A stretch of DNA of 64,000 bases from Felis catus. Taxonomy: Eukaryota. A model generated the notes under the pieces. The model saw only the letters and a program-made list of their open reading frames with translations, was not told the origin of the DNA and ran no database searches. Position 1 is the first letter of the stretch. The number at the start of each line of letters is the position of its first letter. The translations under genes were made by a program, and so were the position numbers. Positions 61,419-64,000 of this stretch are shown here, one piece after another. Where the stretch lies: contig NC_058383.1 of NCBI RefSeq assembly GCF_018350175.1, positions 8,124,001 to 8,188,000 on the forward strand, given 5' to 3'.

Positions 61419-64000
61419 GGGAGCGGCCCGCGGGGGCCGACGGGAGTGGGCGGGGCCGCGGCGCTCGGGGCCGGCCGCGCGAAGGGCTAGTTGGTGGGCT
61501 CCCGCCTCCGGCCTGGCGGCTGCGTCTTCGGGCCACAGGTGGGCGTGCAAGGCTACCAGGAGGTGGAAGGGAAGCGAAAGACTCGCATCCAGATTCGCTT
61601 CTGAGCCGGGAGGACTGCAGAGCTCGCACGTCCCGCCTCTCTCTTTATAGGGAGGGAACTGACTGCACGTCCTGATGTGTGTTCCTCCCTGGGACCCCAC
61701 GAACTCAGGCTGGCCGTGTAGCTGGTGAGCTGGGGTTGGGACCAGGCCTTCCGACGCCTTTATCACTCTGGCATGATACTGCCCACATTGTGATCACGGC
61801 CCTGGCCCAATCTAGAAAAGGTCCGAGAAAAAACGAGTCTCTGGTCTCTGAACGGATTCACCAACTCACCGTCCTTTGGGTGATCTGGGAGAAAGCAGGA
61901 CCATGGCGGGCGTTGTTCAGTGTCAGTGCCGATGTCTGGACGCCCTGCTGCAAAGTTCTGTCATTAGATGAGCCTTAAATTGCGGAGCCGGTCCAGAATT
62001 TCAGGTGAGGCCATGAAATTAAGTGTCTATGTGTCCAGAGTGCCGATTCCAAATTTGGTAGCCCGAAAAAGGGCTGGCATGACAAAAATACCAAAAATAA
62101 ACCCAACACCGCCTCTTTAACTTATAGTAGGATAGTACACAGTGTTTTTATTACAAAGCACTGCTGAGTGGTGTAAGGTCGACTGCATCTCAGTTGCAGG
62201 ATGCCGTGAATTGATTGTTTCGTTGATTAAACAAATAACTTTTGAAAGCCTACTTCATACCAGGCACTCTTCCAGGTACTGGGGATGTGCCTGTACCCCT
62301 TGAAGCTTTCATTCCAGTGGAATAGACGGACATTAAAGAAGCGAGAAAATAAATTACATACTCTCAGGCAGAGACAATTTTAGTTAGTGATAACTGAATA
62401 AAAATAAATCACTAAAGAGTTAAAGACTGTGAAGGAACCAATTTTGGATGGAGTAGTCGAGGCAAGATCTTGGTCCAGAGCTGACATTAAAGCACAAAGC
62501 TGAGTGAAGGGGGGGGGGGGGGGGAGGGGGACTCAAGCCAACCATGCGAAAGGTCTCAGGGAAGAGCATGCTAGCACAACAGCAAGGGCAAAGACGCTGA
62601 GGCAGAAATGAACTTGGCATGTACCAAGAACAGCCCAGAGGGTCTATGAGGCTGGTGCAGGAAGAAGAATAGAGAATGGTAGGGTATGCGTTGGAGAGAT
62701 CATGTAAGGCCTTGGGAATTTCTTTTAAAAACAAGTGATGAGAAGCTTGTGCCAGAAACTGTATCTGGCTACATGCAGTAGAAACTCTATCACAGAAATT
62801 TGATCAAGTCGTGAATTTATGTATTTTTTTCTCATGTAACAAGAAGTCTAGGGATGGCCATTCAAAGGCTGATGCCGCGGTTCAAGGAGCAAGATCCCTT
62901 TTCCCTTCCTGTCCTGACATCTTTGACATGGCTGCTCTATCTTTGGGTACTCGCTTTCCAGGCAGAAACAAAGGAAAACAGGGTCAAAAGATGTATGGCA
63001 TTACACTCTCCCTTTTTCTCAGGGAAACAGTGGCTTTCTTAGAATCCCTATCAAGTCTCATTGGTTAGAACCGAATCACATGGCCTCCCTAACTGCAAGG
63101 GAATCTGGGAAATGTAGATTTCTAGCCTTGCCCATTACTTTCTCCAAGAAGCAGGGGTAGAGGAAGGGAAGGTTGACAGTGGCTAGGAAACGGGCTAGTT
63201 GAAAAGTCAGTATGGAGGGTTTTGAGCAGGGGATTGGCCTGATCTGATTTATGATTTTAAAAAGTGATCAGCCGCTGCTGAGCAGCTGGAACAAAGGGGA
63301 CAAAAGTGGACTTACAGATGCCAGCTTGGAGGGTATCGTGCAGTTTGAGAGAGGGATGTTGGTGGCAGCAGTTGAAGCTAGATCAGAGACTCATTGTGAA
63401 GGTGGAGCCCGTAGGAGTGGCTGATGAATCACGTGCCCCGTGTGAGGGAAAGAGGAGGTAAGGACGACTCCCAGGACGTTGACTTATATGGTTTTGTGAA
63501 TGTTTTGCCATTTCCAGACTTGAGAAGGCTGGGGGAGGAGCAGGGTTAGGGGTGGAAGATAAAGAATCCTGTTTTGCTTATGTTAGCGATGAGATGCCTG
63601 TCTGACGTTAAGGGTGAAATGGGATAAGATTCTGTACCTGATGGGGGAGGTCAGGACTATAAACTGGAGAAGATATCAGTCAGCTGTATGAGGTGGCGTT
63701 GCAGGCACGGACTAGATGGGAACGAGTAAGGATAACTATAGGCAGAGAAGATAAGGGCAGACAGAGAGTGTCTCGGGACACTGCTATTTAGAGGAGAATC
63801 TGGCGAAGAAGGCTGCCAACAGCCAGGGAAGTATGAGGAAAACTAGCAGAGTATGGGATCATGCAAGCCGACCGAGGACAGTGTTGCAAGAGAGCAGGTG
63901 ACCGTTTGGGTCACACACTTCTACGCGATCCAGTGAGGTCAAGTAAGGAGAAGACAGGATCGACCATCAGATATTTTAGGTAAAGTGGAGGTCATTGATC

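Larger units (their letters stand above)
61100..61650 (-). promoter_or_regulatory. IFT22: IFT22 CpG-island promoter
   Basis: Very CpG-rich, with GC boxes, around exon 1. Confidence 0.85.

Noticed and set aside
61033..61766. Overlapping 205- and 215-aa ORFs at the IFT22 promoter
   Set aside because: GC-rich CpG-island artefacts; the real coding part is the 39-bp exon 1.
1..64000. CRISPR arrays, operons or other prokaryotic systems
   Set aside because: The sequence is mammalian; the recurring repeats are SINEs and microsatellites, with no repeat-spacer structure.

Overview
Mammalian genomic DNA from a carnivore, most likely a felid: it is packed with tRNA-derived Can-SINEs that look like SINEC_Fc. 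Three protein-coding genes lie on the minus strand in the order known from human 7q22: CLDN15 (first two coding exons; the gene continues off the left edge), FIS1 (5 exons, 152 aa, complete) and IFT22/RABL5 (5 exons, 185 aa, complete). All splice sites are canonical GT-AG and the exon phases join. The ~46 kb between FIS1 and IFT22 is mostly SINE/L1/LTR/DNA-transposon sequence, but it also holds several gene fossils. (1) A multi-exon, minus-strand SCAN-domain/C2H2 zinc-finger pseudogene (~45.8-50.7 kb) still sits under an intact CpG island with ZNF143-type motifs. (2) Two further decayed SCAN-ZNF-type terminal exons lie on the plus strand (~35.7-36.9 kb and ~42.6-43.6 kb). (3) An intron-containing TM9SF1 fragment is embedded antisense inside an old L1 ORF2 (~27.2-29.1 kb). 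An orphan CpG island with a strong minus-strand splice donor lies ~3 kb upstream of FIS1. Gene identities and repeat families come from my recall of the protein and consensus sequences, not from a database search. Repeat boundaries are approximate.
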